Part shown: one piece after another, positions 9,484-19,188 of the stretch
How positions within the stretch are numbered: position 1 is the stretch's first letter
How the letters are laid out: the number at the start of each line of letters is the position of its first letter
Position numbers and translations under genes: made by a program
DNA from: a bacterium
GTDB taxonomy: Bacteria; Bacillota_I; Bacilli_A; RFN20; CAG-826
NCBI GenBank assembly: GCA_029098125.1
Contig: JAQXNS010000003.1
Coordinates: 2,845-66,844, forward strand
DNA: 64,000 nucleotides
Direction: 5' to 3'
Notes under the pieces: model-generated
What the model saw: the letters and a program-made list of their open reading frames with translations, nothing else
What the model was told of the DNA's origin: nothing
The model's database searches: none

Positions 9484-11049
9484 ATGTATAGCTTAGTTAA
9501 AGGTACACACGATGTAATATTAGATGAAGCAGATAGATATACTGCTGTTGAAAATGTTTTGACTGCAACTGCAAAACTTTACGGTTATAGAGAATTTAGA
9601 ACTCCAATTCTTGAACATACAGAATTATTTTTAAGAAGTGTTGGCAATAGTAGTGATATTGTTCGTAAAGAAATGTACACTTTTATGGATAAATCAGATA
9701 GAAGTATCACTTTAAGACCTGAAATTACTGCAGGAACAATAAGATCAATTGTTAATAATAAACTTCTTGCTAATCAAGATTTTCCATTAAAAGCATATTA
9801 TATTGGTCCTAATTTTAGATATGAAAGACCACAACAAGGAAGATATAGACAATTTAATCAATTTGGTGTTGAATGCGTTGGTGTAGTTGGACCTGAAAGA
9901 GATGCAGAAGTCATTATTTTAGGATACCATCAACTAGATGAACTCGGTTTTGAAAATGTTACTTTAAAAATTAATACATTAGGTGATGAAAAAAGCCGTG
10001 AAGACTACAAAGAAGCATTAAAACAATATTTTAGCGAACATCTTGATGAAATGTGTTCCGATTGTAAAGAAAGGTTTAAGTTAAATATTCTTAGAATTCT
10101 CGATTGTAAAGTCGAAAATGATAGAAAAATTATCGAAAATGCACCAAAAATCATCGATTATTTAACTGATGAAGCAAAACAATATTTTGAAACTATTTGT
10201 AAAATATTAGATGAATCAGAAATCCCTTATGTAATCGATCATGATCTTGTTAGAGGCTTAGACTATTATAGTGGGCCTGTTTTCGAATTCCACTATACAT
10301 CTAAACTTGGAAAAAATTATGGCGCAATTGGTGCAGGTGGACACTATGGAAAATTAGTAAAAGAAGTTGGTGGACCTGATGTTGAAGGTTGCGGATTTGC
10401 AATGGGAATTGAAAGACTTGTCAGTGTTATGACAGATGATGGAATATTTGATGATTTCAAAGCAAAAATGGATGTTTATTTAATGCCATTATCTAAAGAT
10501 TATTATCATGCAGCCTTATGCCTTGCAAACGATCTAAGATCTGATGGTTATGTTGTTGAAGTTTGCTTAGAAAATAAGGGAATTTCTCAAATGTTTAAAA
10601 AGGCTGAAAGAAGAAATGCACGTTACGCTGGAATTATTGGTGAAACTGAAATTCTTACTAATACTATTATTTTGAAAAATTTAGAAACAAAAGAACAAAT
10701 TACAGTCCCACTTAAGAGTATAATTTATACTTTAGAACATTTGCTTAAACCAGAAGAAGAAAGTGAATGTTGTTGCGGAGACGATCATGAACATGAATGC
10801 TGCTGCGGGGATGATGATTGCTGTTGTGAACACAATCACGAAGATGATGATTGCTGCTGTGGACATGATCATGAACATGATGATTGCTGTTGCGGGCATA
10901 ATCATGAAGATGATGACTGCTGTTGTGAGCACGATGGTCTAGATTGTGATTGTTGCTCTAATCATAGCCATGATGAACATCATCAAGTATGGTCACATGA
11001 TGATAAAGATGAGGAATGTTGTTGTTGTGGCCATAAAAAGGACAAATAA
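9484..11049 (+). CDS. hisS: Histidine--tRNA ligase with a C-terminal Cys/His/Asp-rich repeat extension
   Basis: Class II core with motif 2 FRYERPQQGRYRQFNQFGVE, HisA LVRGLDYY and GFAMGIERL, followed by an anticodon-binding domain. Residues 429-521 form a CCC(G/E)HxHExDD repeat tail. SD GAGG lies upstream. Confidence 0.9.
   Translation: MYSLVKGTHDVILDEADRYTAVENVLTATAKLYGYREFRTPILEHTELFLRSVGNSSDIVRKEMYTFMDKSDRSITLRPEITAGTIRSIVNNKLLANQDFPLKAYYIGPNFRYERPQQGRYRQFNQFGVECVGVVGPERDAEVIILGYHQLDELGFENVTLKINTLGDEKSREDYKEALKQYFSEHLDEMCSDCKERFKLNILRILDCKVENDRKIIENAPKIIDYLTDEAKQYFETICKILDESEIPYVIDHDLVRGLDYYSGPVFEFHYTSKLGKNYGAIGAGGHYGKLVKEVGGPDVEGCGFAMGIERLVSVMTDDGIFDDFKAKMDVYLMPLSKDYYHAALCLANDLRSDGYVVEVCLENKGISQMFKKAERRNARYAGIIGETEILTNTIILKNLETKEQITVPLKSIIYTLEHLLKPEEESECCCGDDHEHECCCGDDDCCCEHNHEDDDCCCGHDHEHDDCCCGHNHEDDDCCCEHDGLDCDCCSNHSHDEHHQVWSHDDKDEECCCCGHKKDK
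10819..10950 (+). repeat. Four in-frame 33-nt (11-aa) coding repeats inside the hisS tail
   Basis: Units are CCCEHNHEDDD, CCCGHDHEHDD, CCCGHNHEDDD and CCCEHDGLDCD. Shorter related units lie on both sides (10768-11046). Cys codons alternate between TGT and TGC from unit to unit. Confidence 0.9.
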
Positions 11050-11069
11050 ATATTAACTGAGGTAAAAAT

Positions 11070-12833
11070 ATGGCAATGGAAGGCGTAGAAGAAGTATTTT
11101 TAAGAACTGATTATTGTGGAAATCTTAGATTAAAAGATGAAGGTAGAGTTGTAACTGTTATAGGTTGGGTCTCAAAAAGACGTAATCTAGGTTCTTTATT
11201 ATTCATTGATTTAAGAGATAGAGAAGGATATGTTCAAGTTTGTGTAAAAACTGATGAAATTAATGTTCCTGAAATTAGAAATGAATATATTCTTGAAGTT
11301 ACTGGCGTTGTAACTAAAAAAGATGTACCAAATAAAAATTTAGCAACTGGAGAAATTGAAGTTGTTGCAACAAATATCAAAGTTATTAATACTGCAAATC
11401 AACCACCAATTTCTACTCAAGAAGAAACTGATGCCAATGAAGATATTAGACTTAAATATAGATATTTAGATTTAAGAAGACTTTGTATGCAAAAAAGGCT
11501 CAGAATAAGAGCAAAAATTGTTCGTTCAATTCATGAATATCTCGATTCTAAGGATTTTATTGAAATTGAAACACCATATTTATCACCATCTACACCTGAA
11601 GGAGCTAGAGACTATTTAGTTCCAAGTAGAGTTCATAAAGGCTGTTTTTATGCTTTACCTCAATCACCTCAACTATTTAAACAAATGTTGATGGTTTCTG
11701 GTTTTGAAAGATATTATCAAATTGCTCGTTGCTTTAGAGATGAAGATTTAAGAGCTGATAGACAACCAGATTTTACTCAAGTTGATGTTGAAACAAGTTT
11801 TTTAAATCAAGATCAAATCTTAACACTTGGTGAAGAACTATGTGCAAAAGTTTTTAAAGATGTTTTAAATATTGATGTTAAACTTCCATTAAGAAGAATG
11901 GACTATCTCGAAGCTGTAAATAAATATGGAAGCGATAAACCAGATACAAGATATACATTATATTTAACTGATGTAAAAGATATCTTAAAAGATTCTGATT
12001 TTAAGGTTTATCAAGATAATAAATATATAAAAGCTATAAAAGTTGATGGTTTTGCAAAAGAATTGTCACGTAAAAAACAAGATCAAATCAATTTAACAGC
12101 ACCTAAATTCAATATGAAACAATTTGGTTTCTTAAAATATGAAAACGGAGCACTTGAAGGATCTGTTACTAAATTTTTATCTGAAGAAATCAAATCAAAA
12201 CTTGTCGAAAGACTAGAATTAAAAGAAAATGACGCTGTAATTATTGCAACAAGCAATATTTTAAGAGATGTGAACTTTGGACTTGGTGCAGTTAGAGTAA
12301 ATCTTGCTAAAGAATTAGGCTTAGTTAAACCAAATACTTATGATTTATTATGGGTTGTCCATTTCCCATTATTTGAAAAAAGCGAGGAAACAGGTGAAAT
12401 TACTCCATGCCATCACCCATTTACAAGACCTTGCGATGAAGACTTAGATAAATTATTTACTGAACCATACAATGTCTACAGTTATGCTTACGACATTGTA
12501 ATTAATGGTTATGAAGCAGGTGGTGGATCTTTAAGAATTTATGATCAAGATGTTCAAGAAAAGATTTTTAAAGTTCTTGGCTTCACTCAAGAAGATATAC
12601 AAAATAAATTTGGATTCTTTGTTGAATCCTTAAAATATGGAACACCTCCACATGGTGGTTTTGCTCTCGGACTTGATAGATTATCAATGATTCTAAGTGG
12701 AACAGATAACATTCGTGATGTCATTGCTTTCCCTAAAAATCTTGCTGCTACAGATCCTGTAACAAACGCACCATATGAAGTTGATCCAGAACAACTTGAT
12801 AATTTAGGAATTTGTATTAAAAAAGAGGATTAG
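11070..12833 (+). CDS. aspS: Aspartate--tRNA ligase
   Basis: 587 aa with an N-terminal OB anticodon-binding domain. Class II motifs FRDEDLRADRQPDFTQ and GGFALGLDRL. Follows hisS as in Firmicutes. Confidence 0.93.
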   Translation: MAMEGVEEVFLRTDYCGNLRLKDEGRVVTVIGWVSKRRNLGSLLFIDLRDREGYVQVCVKTDEINVPEIRNEYILEVTGVVTKKDVPNKNLATGEIEVVATNIKVINTANQPPISTQEETDANEDIRLKYRYLDLRRLCMQKRLRIRAKIVRSIHEYLDSKDFIEIETPYLSPSTPEGARDYLVPSRVHKGCFYALPQSPQLFKQMLMVSGFERYYQIARCFRDEDLRADRQPDFTQVDVETSFLNQDQILTLGEELCAKVFKDVLNIDVKLPLRRMDYLEAVNKYGSDKPDTRYTLYLTDVKDILKDSDFKVYQDNKYIKAIKVDGFAKELSRKKQDQINLTAPKFNMKQFGFLKYENGALEGSVTKFLSEEIKSKLVERLELKENDAVIIATSNILRDVNFGLGAVRVNLAKELGLVKPNTYDLLWVVHFPLFEKSEETGEITPCHHPFTRPCDEDLDKLFTEPYNVYSYAYDIVINGYEAGGGSLRIYDQDVQEKIFKVLGFTQEDIQNKFGFFVESLKYGTPPHGGFALGLDRLSMILSGTDNIRDVIAFPKNLAATDPVTNAPYEVDPEQLDNLGICIKKED

Positions 12834-12835
12834 TT

Positions 12836-14824
12836 ATGAGTAAAACTGCAAAAATTAAAAACATTGACGATTTAAGTATTGCCGCAATTCGTGCTACTTG
12901 TATTGATGGAATCAATAAATCAAAAAGTGGACATCCAGGTATGTGCATTAGCGCAGCACCTATTGTTTATTCTTTATTTAAAGATTTTTTAGTTTCAAAT
13001 CCATATCAATCAAAATGGATTAATCGTGATAGATTTGTCATGAGTTGTGGACATGGTAGTATGCTTTACTATACAATGTTACATTTATGCGGTTATAAGC
13101 TCACGATTGATGATTTAAAAAACTTCAGACAATTACATTCAAAAACACCTGGACACCCAGAATATGGTGTAACTGATGGTGTTGATGCAGGAAGCGGTCC
13201 ACTTGGACAAGGTATTGCCCAAGCTGTTGGTATGGCTATGGCAGAAACTAAGCTTCAATCAATGTATGGTAAAAATTTATATAATCATTATACCTATTGT
13301 TTATTAGGAGATGGTTGTTTAGAAGAGGGTATTTCTCAAGAAGCGATTAGTTTTGCTGGCTTGAATAAATTAAATAAATTAATCCTTTTATATGATAGAA
13401 ACAATGTCACATTAGATGGTCCATTAGGACAATCAAGCAATGAAAATGTAATTCAAAGATTTTTAGCTTGTGGTTGGAATGTTGTTTATTGTAAAAAAGG
13501 CAATAATTACAGCAAAATTAAAAAAGCAATTAAAAAAGCTAGAGGGTTTAAAAATGCTCCAACAATTGTAATTTTTAATACAGTTATTGGCTTAGGTTCT
13601 AAAAATGCAGGAACTTGTAAAGTTCATGGAGCTCCTTTAGGCGAAGAAGATGGAAATAACACAAAATTAAGTTATGGATATAACTATCCTCCATTTGAAA
13701 TTCCTCAAGAAGTATATGATAACTTTAAAAATACATTCATTAAACGTGGTGAAGATGCTTATAGCGAATATCAAAAAGAAATTTTCAAACTTCAAGCAAA
13801 TGATGCTGCTCGTTATCAAGAAATTATGGCATTTGCAAATAATGATGTTTCAAATGTTGTTGATAATGCAAAAATCGATACAACTTCAATTTACAAAACT
13901 GATGCAACAAGAAATATCAGTGGTAATTTATTAAATATTTATCATGAAATGTTACCAAATCTTGTTGGAGGGAGCGCTGATGTTGCAGGAAGTGTCAAAA
14001 CTGCATTGAAAAATGGCTCAACATGGGGTCCAAAAAATAGAGAGGGCACAAATATTAACTGGGGAATTAGAGAATTCTTCATGTCAAGTGCCGGAAATGG
14101 TATCTTATTACATGGTGGATTAAGAACTTATGTTGGTACATTTATGGTCTTTAGTGATTATTGTAAAGCAGCAATTAGAATGTCTGCATTACAAGGTCTA
14201 CCACAAATTTATCTATTTTCACACGATTCACTTGCTGTAGGTGAAGATGGTCCAACTCATGAACCAATCGAACAATTGGCAATGCTTCGTTCAATCCCTA
14301 ATCTTAATGTATTTAGACCAGCTGACGCTAAAGAAACTGCAGCTGCTTATAAATTAGCTTTAGAATCAACAAATACACCTTCAGTTATTATTTTAACAAG
14401 ACAAAATTTACCTCTTCTTGATGGAAGCAGCGACTATGATGGAGTTGCAAAAGGTGGATATATTGTCTCTAAAGAAAAAGCAAATAGAGTTGACTTCACA
14501 TTAATTGGAACTGGAAGTGAAGTTTCATTATGTATTGAAACTCAAAAGAAACTTGAAGCAATGGGATACAGTGTTAGAGTTGTTTCAATTCCATGCTTTG
14601 AATTATTTGATAAACAATCCAAATCCTATAAAGAGTCTATTTTAGGATATAATTACGGAAAACGTTTAATTGTCGAAATGGGTTCAACTTATGGATTGCA
14701 CAAATATGCTAAGTATGCTTTTGGTATCAATGAATTTGGTTTAAGTGGAAAAGCTAGTGAAGTTATGAGTTATTACGGATTTACAAGTGATAATCTTGTA
14801 TCAAATGTAATAAAATATATCTAA
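12836..14824 (+). CDS. tkt: Transketolase
   Basis: 662 aa with the ThDP motif GDGCLEEGISQEA...N and the transketolase signatures HPGMC..AP and EDGPTHEPIEQLA. Confidence 0.93.
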   Translation: MSKTAKIKNIDDLSIAAIRATCIDGINKSKSGHPGMCISAAPIVYSLFKDFLVSNPYQSKWINRDRFVMSCGHGSMLYYTMLHLCGYKLTIDDLKNFRQLHSKTPGHPEYGVTDGVDAGSGPLGQGIAQAVGMAMAETKLQSMYGKNLYNHYTYCLLGDGCLEEGISQEAISFAGLNKLNKLILLYDRNNVTLDGPLGQSSNENVIQRFLACGWNVVYCKKGNNYSKIKKAIKKARGFKNAPTIVIFNTVIGLGSKNAGTCKVHGAPLGEEDGNNTKLSYGYNYPPFEIPQEVYDNFKNTFIKRGEDAYSEYQKEIFKLQANDAARYQEIMAFANNDVSNVVDNAKIDTTSIYKTDATRNISGNLLNIYHEMLPNLVGGSADVAGSVKTALKNGSTWGPKNREGTNINWGIREFFMSSAGNGILLHGGLRTYVGTFMVFSDYCKAAIRMSALQGLPQIYLFSHDSLAVGEDGPTHEPIEQLAMLRSIPNLNVFRPADAKETAAAYKLALESTNTPSVIILTRQNLPLLDGSSDYDGVAKGGYIVSKEKANRVDFTLIGTGSEVSLCIETQKKLEAMGYSVRVVSIPCFELFDKQSKSYKESILGYNYGKRLIVEMGSTYGLHKYAKYAFGINEFGLSGKASEVMSYYGFTSDNLVSNVIKYI

Positions 14825-14839
14825 TTAGGAGGTGTTTAG

Positions 14840-15160
14840 ATGACAAATTATATATTTTTGGAAAATTATAGTAGTAAAATTGGTCGTTTAGGACTTTCTA
14901 AAAACGTTTTTAAATTCATCGGAATAAAAAGCATTAAAGATTTTAGAGATGTTTTAAGTAAAGATGATAAAAATTCAATTCATATTTCTTTTAGAAATAA
15001 TGTTGTAATTTACAAAATTAACCTTGCTGTTAAAAAGGGCACAAATTTACATTCAGTTAAAGAAAGTTTAACTAATACAATCAACAATAATCTTTTATTG
15101 GTTTCTGATCAATTCCCTGTTCAAACAAATATTAGATTGTCTGAAAAGGAAAATAGATAA
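14840..15160 (+). CDS. Asp23/Gls24-family (YqhY-like) small protein
   Basis: 106 aa with a strong SD (AGGAGG). Sits immediately upstream of nusB, where B. subtilis has yqhY. Sequence similarity judged by eye only. Confidence 0.45.
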   Translation: MTNYIFLENYSSKIGRLGLSKNVFKFIGIKSIKDFRDVLSKDDKNSIHISFRNNVVIYKINLAVKKGTNLHSVKESLTNTINNNLLLVSDQFPVQTNIRLSEKENR

Positions 15161-15166
15161 TTATTT

Positions 15167-15619
15167 ATGGAAAACACTAATATATCACGAGTTAAAGCAC
15201 AACAATTACTCGTGGAAATAATGTATTCTTTCATAATGCACGAAAATAATGATCTTCCAATTAATTTTGAAGATACAATCAGTGATATTTGTAAGGTTCC
15301 TTTTGAAGATTGCGATTTTTTCATTAAAATTATTCTTTTAAAAGCGATCAAAAACCAACATAAAATAGTCGAATATATATCAAAATACTTAAAAAATTGG
15401 AATTTTCATCGTTTAAATACTACAATTCAAGCAATTTTAATTATTTCTGTCACAGAATATTATTATAAAGGCGAAGATATCTTAAAAGCTATTGTTATTG
15501 ATAATGCAGTTACTCTTGCAAAAATATATGGTGATGGTGGAGAAAAAGATTACAAGTTTGTAAACGGAATTCTTGATAATTGCTTAGATAATGGAAAACA
15601 AAACTTATTACTCGATTAG
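15167..15619 (+). CDS. nusB: Transcription antitermination factor NusB
   Basis: 150 aa with the C-terminal NusB signature ...AVTLAKIYGDGGEKDYKFVNGILDN. Synteny with xseA/xseB. Confidence 0.8.
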   Translation: MENTNISRVKAQQLLVEIMYSFIMHENNDLPINFEDTISDICKVPFEDCDFFIKIILLKAIKNQHKIVEYISKYLKNWNFHRLNTTIQAILIISVTEYYYKGEDILKAIVIDNAVTLAKIYGDGGEKDYKFVNGILDNCLDNGKQNLLLD

Positions 15620-16802
15620 TCAAATAAATGAATTCATAAAATTACTTTTTGATAATACTGAACCTTTTAAAGATATATGTTTAAAAGGAGAGATATCAAA
15701 TTTTAAAGGTGCCAACAGAAGTGGGCATCTTTATTTTACTTTAAAGGACGAAAAATCATCAATTAATGCAGTTTTATTTAAATTTGATGCTTTAAGATTA
15801 AAATTTACTCCAAAAAATGGTGATGAAGTTATCGTTAGAGGTTCGATTTCTTCATATCCACCTAGTGGAACATATCAAATAATTTGCAAAAGCATTGAGT
15901 CTTTTGGAATTGGACAACTTTTATTAAAAAAAGAAGAATTAAAAAAGAAATTGTTCGCTGAAGGGCTTTTTGATGAAGAACATAAAAAATCTTTACCAAA
16001 ATTTCCTAAAAAAATAGCAATTATTACTGGAAAAAATAGTGCAGCAGCGATTGACTTTAAGTTTAACATAGAAAGACGCTATCCAATTTGCGAAATAATG
16101 CTGTTTTATTCTCTTGTTCAAGGCGAAAATGCTCCAAAAGATTTGATTAGAAACTTATTTGAGGCAGTTTCGGTTTCTCCTGATATTATATTAATAGGAA
16201 GAGGTGGAGGAGCAAGTGAGGACTTGAATGCATTTGATGATGAAAACCTAGTAAGAGAGATTTATAACTGTAAAATTCCAATTATTAGTGCCGTTGGACA
16301 TCAAATTAATCAAACTTTATGTGATTTAGTCGCTGATAAATATGCTTCAACCCCAACTGGAGCAGCTGAACTTGCTGTTCCTGATATAAATGAGATAGTA
16401 GAAGATTTAAAATACATGGATAATTTTATTTCTTCAGAAATTAATCGAAAAATTAATACATGCGAAAGAGAAATTAAATATATTTCTGAATCTAAATATT
16501 TTGTAAATGTCTTAAATTTATTTGATTCATATAAAGATCGAATTAATATAATTGAAGAAAAGATAGAAAATCAAATTAAAAATAAGGTGATTTTAAAAGA
16601 AAAAGAACTAAAATATATCGAAAATCACCTTGAATCTTTAAATCCAAATAATATTTTATCGAAAGGTTATTCTATTATTTATAAGGATGGTAAAGCAATT
16701 TCTGATATAACAGAGTTGAAGAAAGAAGATAATATCAATATCAAAATTAAGGGTGGTGAAGTAGCTGCTAAAATTGAGGAGGTTAAGGAAAATGGAAAAT
16801 AA
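15591..16802 (+). CDS. xseA: Exodeoxyribonuclease VII large subunit
   Basis: 403 aa with an N-terminal OB fold (GEISNFKGANRSGHLYFTLKD), the catalytic region IGRGGGASEDL, and a coiled-coil tail. Confidence 0.9.
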   Translation: MENKTYYSISQINEFIKLLFDNTEPFKDICLKGEISNFKGANRSGHLYFTLKDEKSSINAVLFKFDALRLKFTPKNGDEVIVRGSISSYPPSGTYQIICKSIESFGIGQLLLKKEELKKKLFAEGLFDEEHKKSLPKFPKKIAIITGKNSAAAIDFKFNIERRYPICEIMLFYSLVQGENAPKDLIRNLFEAVSVSPDIILIGRGGGASEDLNAFDDENLVREIYNCKIPIISAVGHQINQTLCDLVADKYASTPTGAAELAVPDINEIVEDLKYMDNFISSEINRKINTCEREIKYISESKYFVNVLNLFDSYKDRINIIEEKIENQIKNKVILKEKELKYIENHLESLNPNNILSKGYSIIYKDGKAISDITELKKEDNINIKIKGGEVAAKIEEVKENGK

Positions 16803-16983
16803 TTCTTTTGAAGAAAAGATGAAAAAACTAAATGAAATCGTCGAAAAATTAAGCGATGAATCAGTTTCTTTAAATGATTCTTTAAATTTATATGTTGAAG
16901 GAAAAGAGTTAATTAAAGAACTTTTTAAGTATATTAACGAAGCAAAGGAAAAAGTACAAGAAATAGATAAAAATACTAATTAG
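16792..16983 (+). CDS. xseB: Exodeoxyribonuclease VII small subunit
   Basis: MENNSFEEKMKKLNEIVEKL... is a typical XseB helical hairpin. The ORF-track start 16774 is TTG; the ATG at 16792 overlaps the xseA end by 11 nt. Its TAG stop (16981-16983) is the first TAG of repeat array 1. Confidence 0.8.
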   Translation: MENNSFEEKMKKLNEIVEKLSDESVSLNDSLNLYVEGKELIKELFKYINEAKEKVQEIDKNTN

Positions 16984-17052
16984 TAGATTTCTAGTAGGTT
17001 TCTAGTACATTTCTAGTACATTTCTAGTATGTTTCTAGTACATTTCTAGTAG
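16981..17052 (+). repeat. 11-bp CTAGTA tandem-repeat array 1 (about 6.5 units)
   Basis: tTAGTAGATTT CTAGTAGGTTT CTAGTACATTT CTAGTACATTT CTAGTATGTTT CTAGTACATTT CTAGTAG. CTAG starts at 16991, 17002, 17013, 17024, 17035 and 17046, an exact 11-nt period. Confidence 0.97.
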
Positions 17053-17075
17053 TAAAACATAAAAAATTTCTAAAA

Positions 17076-18287
17076 ATGAGCAAAATTATTTTACATATAG
17101 ATTTGAATCAATTCTTTGTTCGATGCGAAGAAATTAAAAATCCTTCATTAATTGGTAAGCCTGTTGCTGTTGGCGGCGATGGAAGAAGAGGGATTGTTTC
17201 AACTTGCTCCTATAAAGCTAGAGAATATGGGATTCATTCTGGAATGCCAATGTTTCAAGCAAAGATGCTTTGTAAAGATCTAATAATTACAGATGTTGAT
17301 TTCGAATATTATGAATTAATGTCTAAAGAATTCATCGATTATGTCAAAAAATATACTTACAAAATAGAGCAAATGTCTATTGATGAATGCTTTTGTGACA
17401 TTACAGAGGCTTATAATAAAATTGGAAATGGCGATATTTTAAAATTTTTAAAAGGTTTTCAAATTGGATTGTATAAAAAAACACAATTAAATTGTTCAAT
17501 TGGCGTTGCTTCAACAAAATTTTTAGCAAAAATGGGTTCTGATATTAAAAAACCAAATGGAATCACTATTATTAGAAAAAGAGATATTGAAAAAATTATT
17601 TTCCCATTACCTGTAAAAGATTTCTTTGGAATTGGCAAAAAAACTGCGCCACGACTTGAAAAAATTGGGTTTTCGACTATTGGTGAGCTATATTATGGCT
17701 TAAAAAATGATGATATTAGGTTAAAAGACTATTTTGAGAGCGGAAAAGATACAATAATTTCTCAACTTGAAGGCAATTCGAGCAACGAAATCTATTCGTC
17801 ATACGGTGATCCTAAATCAATTGGGCAAACTAGGACCTTAAATTACGATACAAATGATGCAGCGGTGATTAAAAAATTCCTCGAAAACATGATTGATAAC
17901 GTAATAAATGATTTTTTAAAGCTTAATATGCTTTGTAAAACTATTCAAATAACTTATAAAGATGCAGATTGTTCCAAAGATTTTAAAACAAAAACCTGTT
18001 CTAAATCATTTTCAGACTACACAAATGATAAAAAACAAATAAGAAATGCTGGTTTAGATCTTTTTACTGAAACTTACGACCACACAACAATTAGATTAAT
18101 TGGGTTTACTATTAAAAGTTTAAAAGCAAAACATGATGTTGCTGTCCAAATGACATTTGAAAACTTTGAACAGCATGAAAAAGAAAATAAAACTCAAATG
18201 ATAATAAATGATTTAAACAGAAAAGCAAAAAAGAAGATATTTTTTAGATTGAGCGACCTAACTGATAAACATTACGATGAAAATTGA
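17076..18287 (+). CDS. dinB: DNA polymerase IV (Y-family)
   Basis: N-terminus ILHIDLNQFFVRCEE..., SIDECFCD catalytic motif, and HhH GIGKKTAPRLEKIG. Confidence 0.9.
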   Translation: MSKIILHIDLNQFFVRCEEIKNPSLIGKPVAVGGDGRRGIVSTCSYKAREYGIHSGMPMFQAKMLCKDLIITDVDFEYYELMSKEFIDYVKKYTYKIEQMSIDECFCDITEAYNKIGNGDILKFLKGFQIGLYKKTQLNCSIGVASTKFLAKMGSDIKKPNGITIIRKRDIEKIIFPLPVKDFFGIGKKTAPRLEKIGFSTIGELYYGLKNDDIRLKDYFESGKDTIISQLEGNSSNEIYSSYGDPKSIGQTRTLNYDTNDAAVIKKFLENMIDNVINDFLKLNMLCKTIQITYKDADCSKDFKTKTCSKSFSDYTNDKKQIRNAGLDLFTETYDHTTIRLIGFTIKSLKAKHDVAVQMTFENFEQHEKENKTQMIINDLNRKAKKKIFFRLSDLTDKHYDEN

Positions 18288-19164
18288 TGAAGCTAAAAAT
18301 AAATTTTTAACTTTTTGCCAAATAGAAAAAGGTTTAACGAGCATAACCATTGAAGATTATAGGTTAGATTTTTTAAATTATGAAAAATGTTTTCCTGAAA
18401 TTAAAAGCGTAGAAGATATATCTATCGACGATTTATCGAATTTTGTTATATTTTTATCACTAAACGGGTTAAAAACAACATCAATTAGGCGAAAATTATC
18501 AACAATTAAGTCTTTTTATAGTTTTTTAGAAGAAGAAAACCTTGCTTCAAATATTGTCGATAAAGATGTTAGTGTTCAAAAAATTGCTAAAAATTTACCA
18601 AAATTTTTAACTAAAAATGAAATCCAAAAGCTATTAAATGCCACAAAAAAAGGTGATGAAGATGTTTTTGCTTATGCAGTTCTTAATCTATTATTTTCTT
18701 CAGGAATTAGAGTAAGCGAATTAGTAAATCTAAAGCTTAAAAATTTTAAAATTGAAGAAAAATTATTAATGGTTACTGGTAAAGGTATTAAAGATAGGTA
18801 CGTTCCATTAAGAGATGAAGCAATTTTTGCGATAAATGATTATTTAAAAAAGGTCAGAAATTTAATACCAAGGCCTTTAATTGACAAAGAAATCTTATTT
18901 TTAAATAAAAATGGCAGAAAATATAATAGAAATAGCATCTATTATTTAGTTAGGAAATATGCAAGTATTGCAAATATTCAAAAAGAAATTAGTCCGCATG
19001 TTTTAAGACATACGTTTGCAACTGTTTTAATAAATAATGGTGCAAGTGTAAGGCACGTACAAGAAATGTTAGGACATAAAAATGTCTCAACAACTGAAAT
19101 ATATACACATGTCGATACTAATCGTATTTTATCAACATATGATTTGTATTGGGACGACAACTAA
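18277..19164 (+). CDS. Xer-type tyrosine site-specific recombinase
   Basis: 295 aa with an N-terminal SAM-like core-binding domain. Catalytic R...HVLRHTFAT...GH...Y (LGHKNVSTTEIYTHV). Size and motifs fit XerC/XerD rather than a phage integrase. Confidence 0.8.
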   Translation: MKIDEAKNKFLTFCQIEKGLTSITIEDYRLDFLNYEKCFPEIKSVEDISIDDLSNFVIFLSLNGLKTTSIRRKLSTIKSFYSFLEEENLASNIVDKDVSVQKIAKNLPKFLTKNEIQKLLNATKKGDEDVFAYAVLNLLFSSGIRVSELVNLKLKNFKIEEKLLMVTGKGIKDRYVPLRDEAIFAINDYLKKVRNLIPRPLIDKEILFLNKNGRKYNRNSIYYLVRKYASIANIQKEISPHVLRHTFATVLINNGASVRHVQEMLGHKNVSTTEIYTHVDTNRILSTYDLYWDDN

Positions 19165-19188
19165 TTTATAATTTTTTTGGAGAAATAT

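Noticed and set aside
10732-10932. Minus-strand ORF opposite the hisS tail (TAAIIIFVIV...)
   Set aside because: It is the mirror image of the GAT/GAA/CAT/TGC coding repeats. The sense frame is contiguous with an intact HisRS, and the antisense product is a repeat artefact.
18277-19164. Tyrosine recombinase as a prophage or genomic-island integrase marking a mobile element
   Set aside because: At 295 aa, with XerC/D-type motifs, it is translationally coupled to dinB and flanked by housekeeping genes. There are no flanking direct repeats, tRNA target or phage genes.
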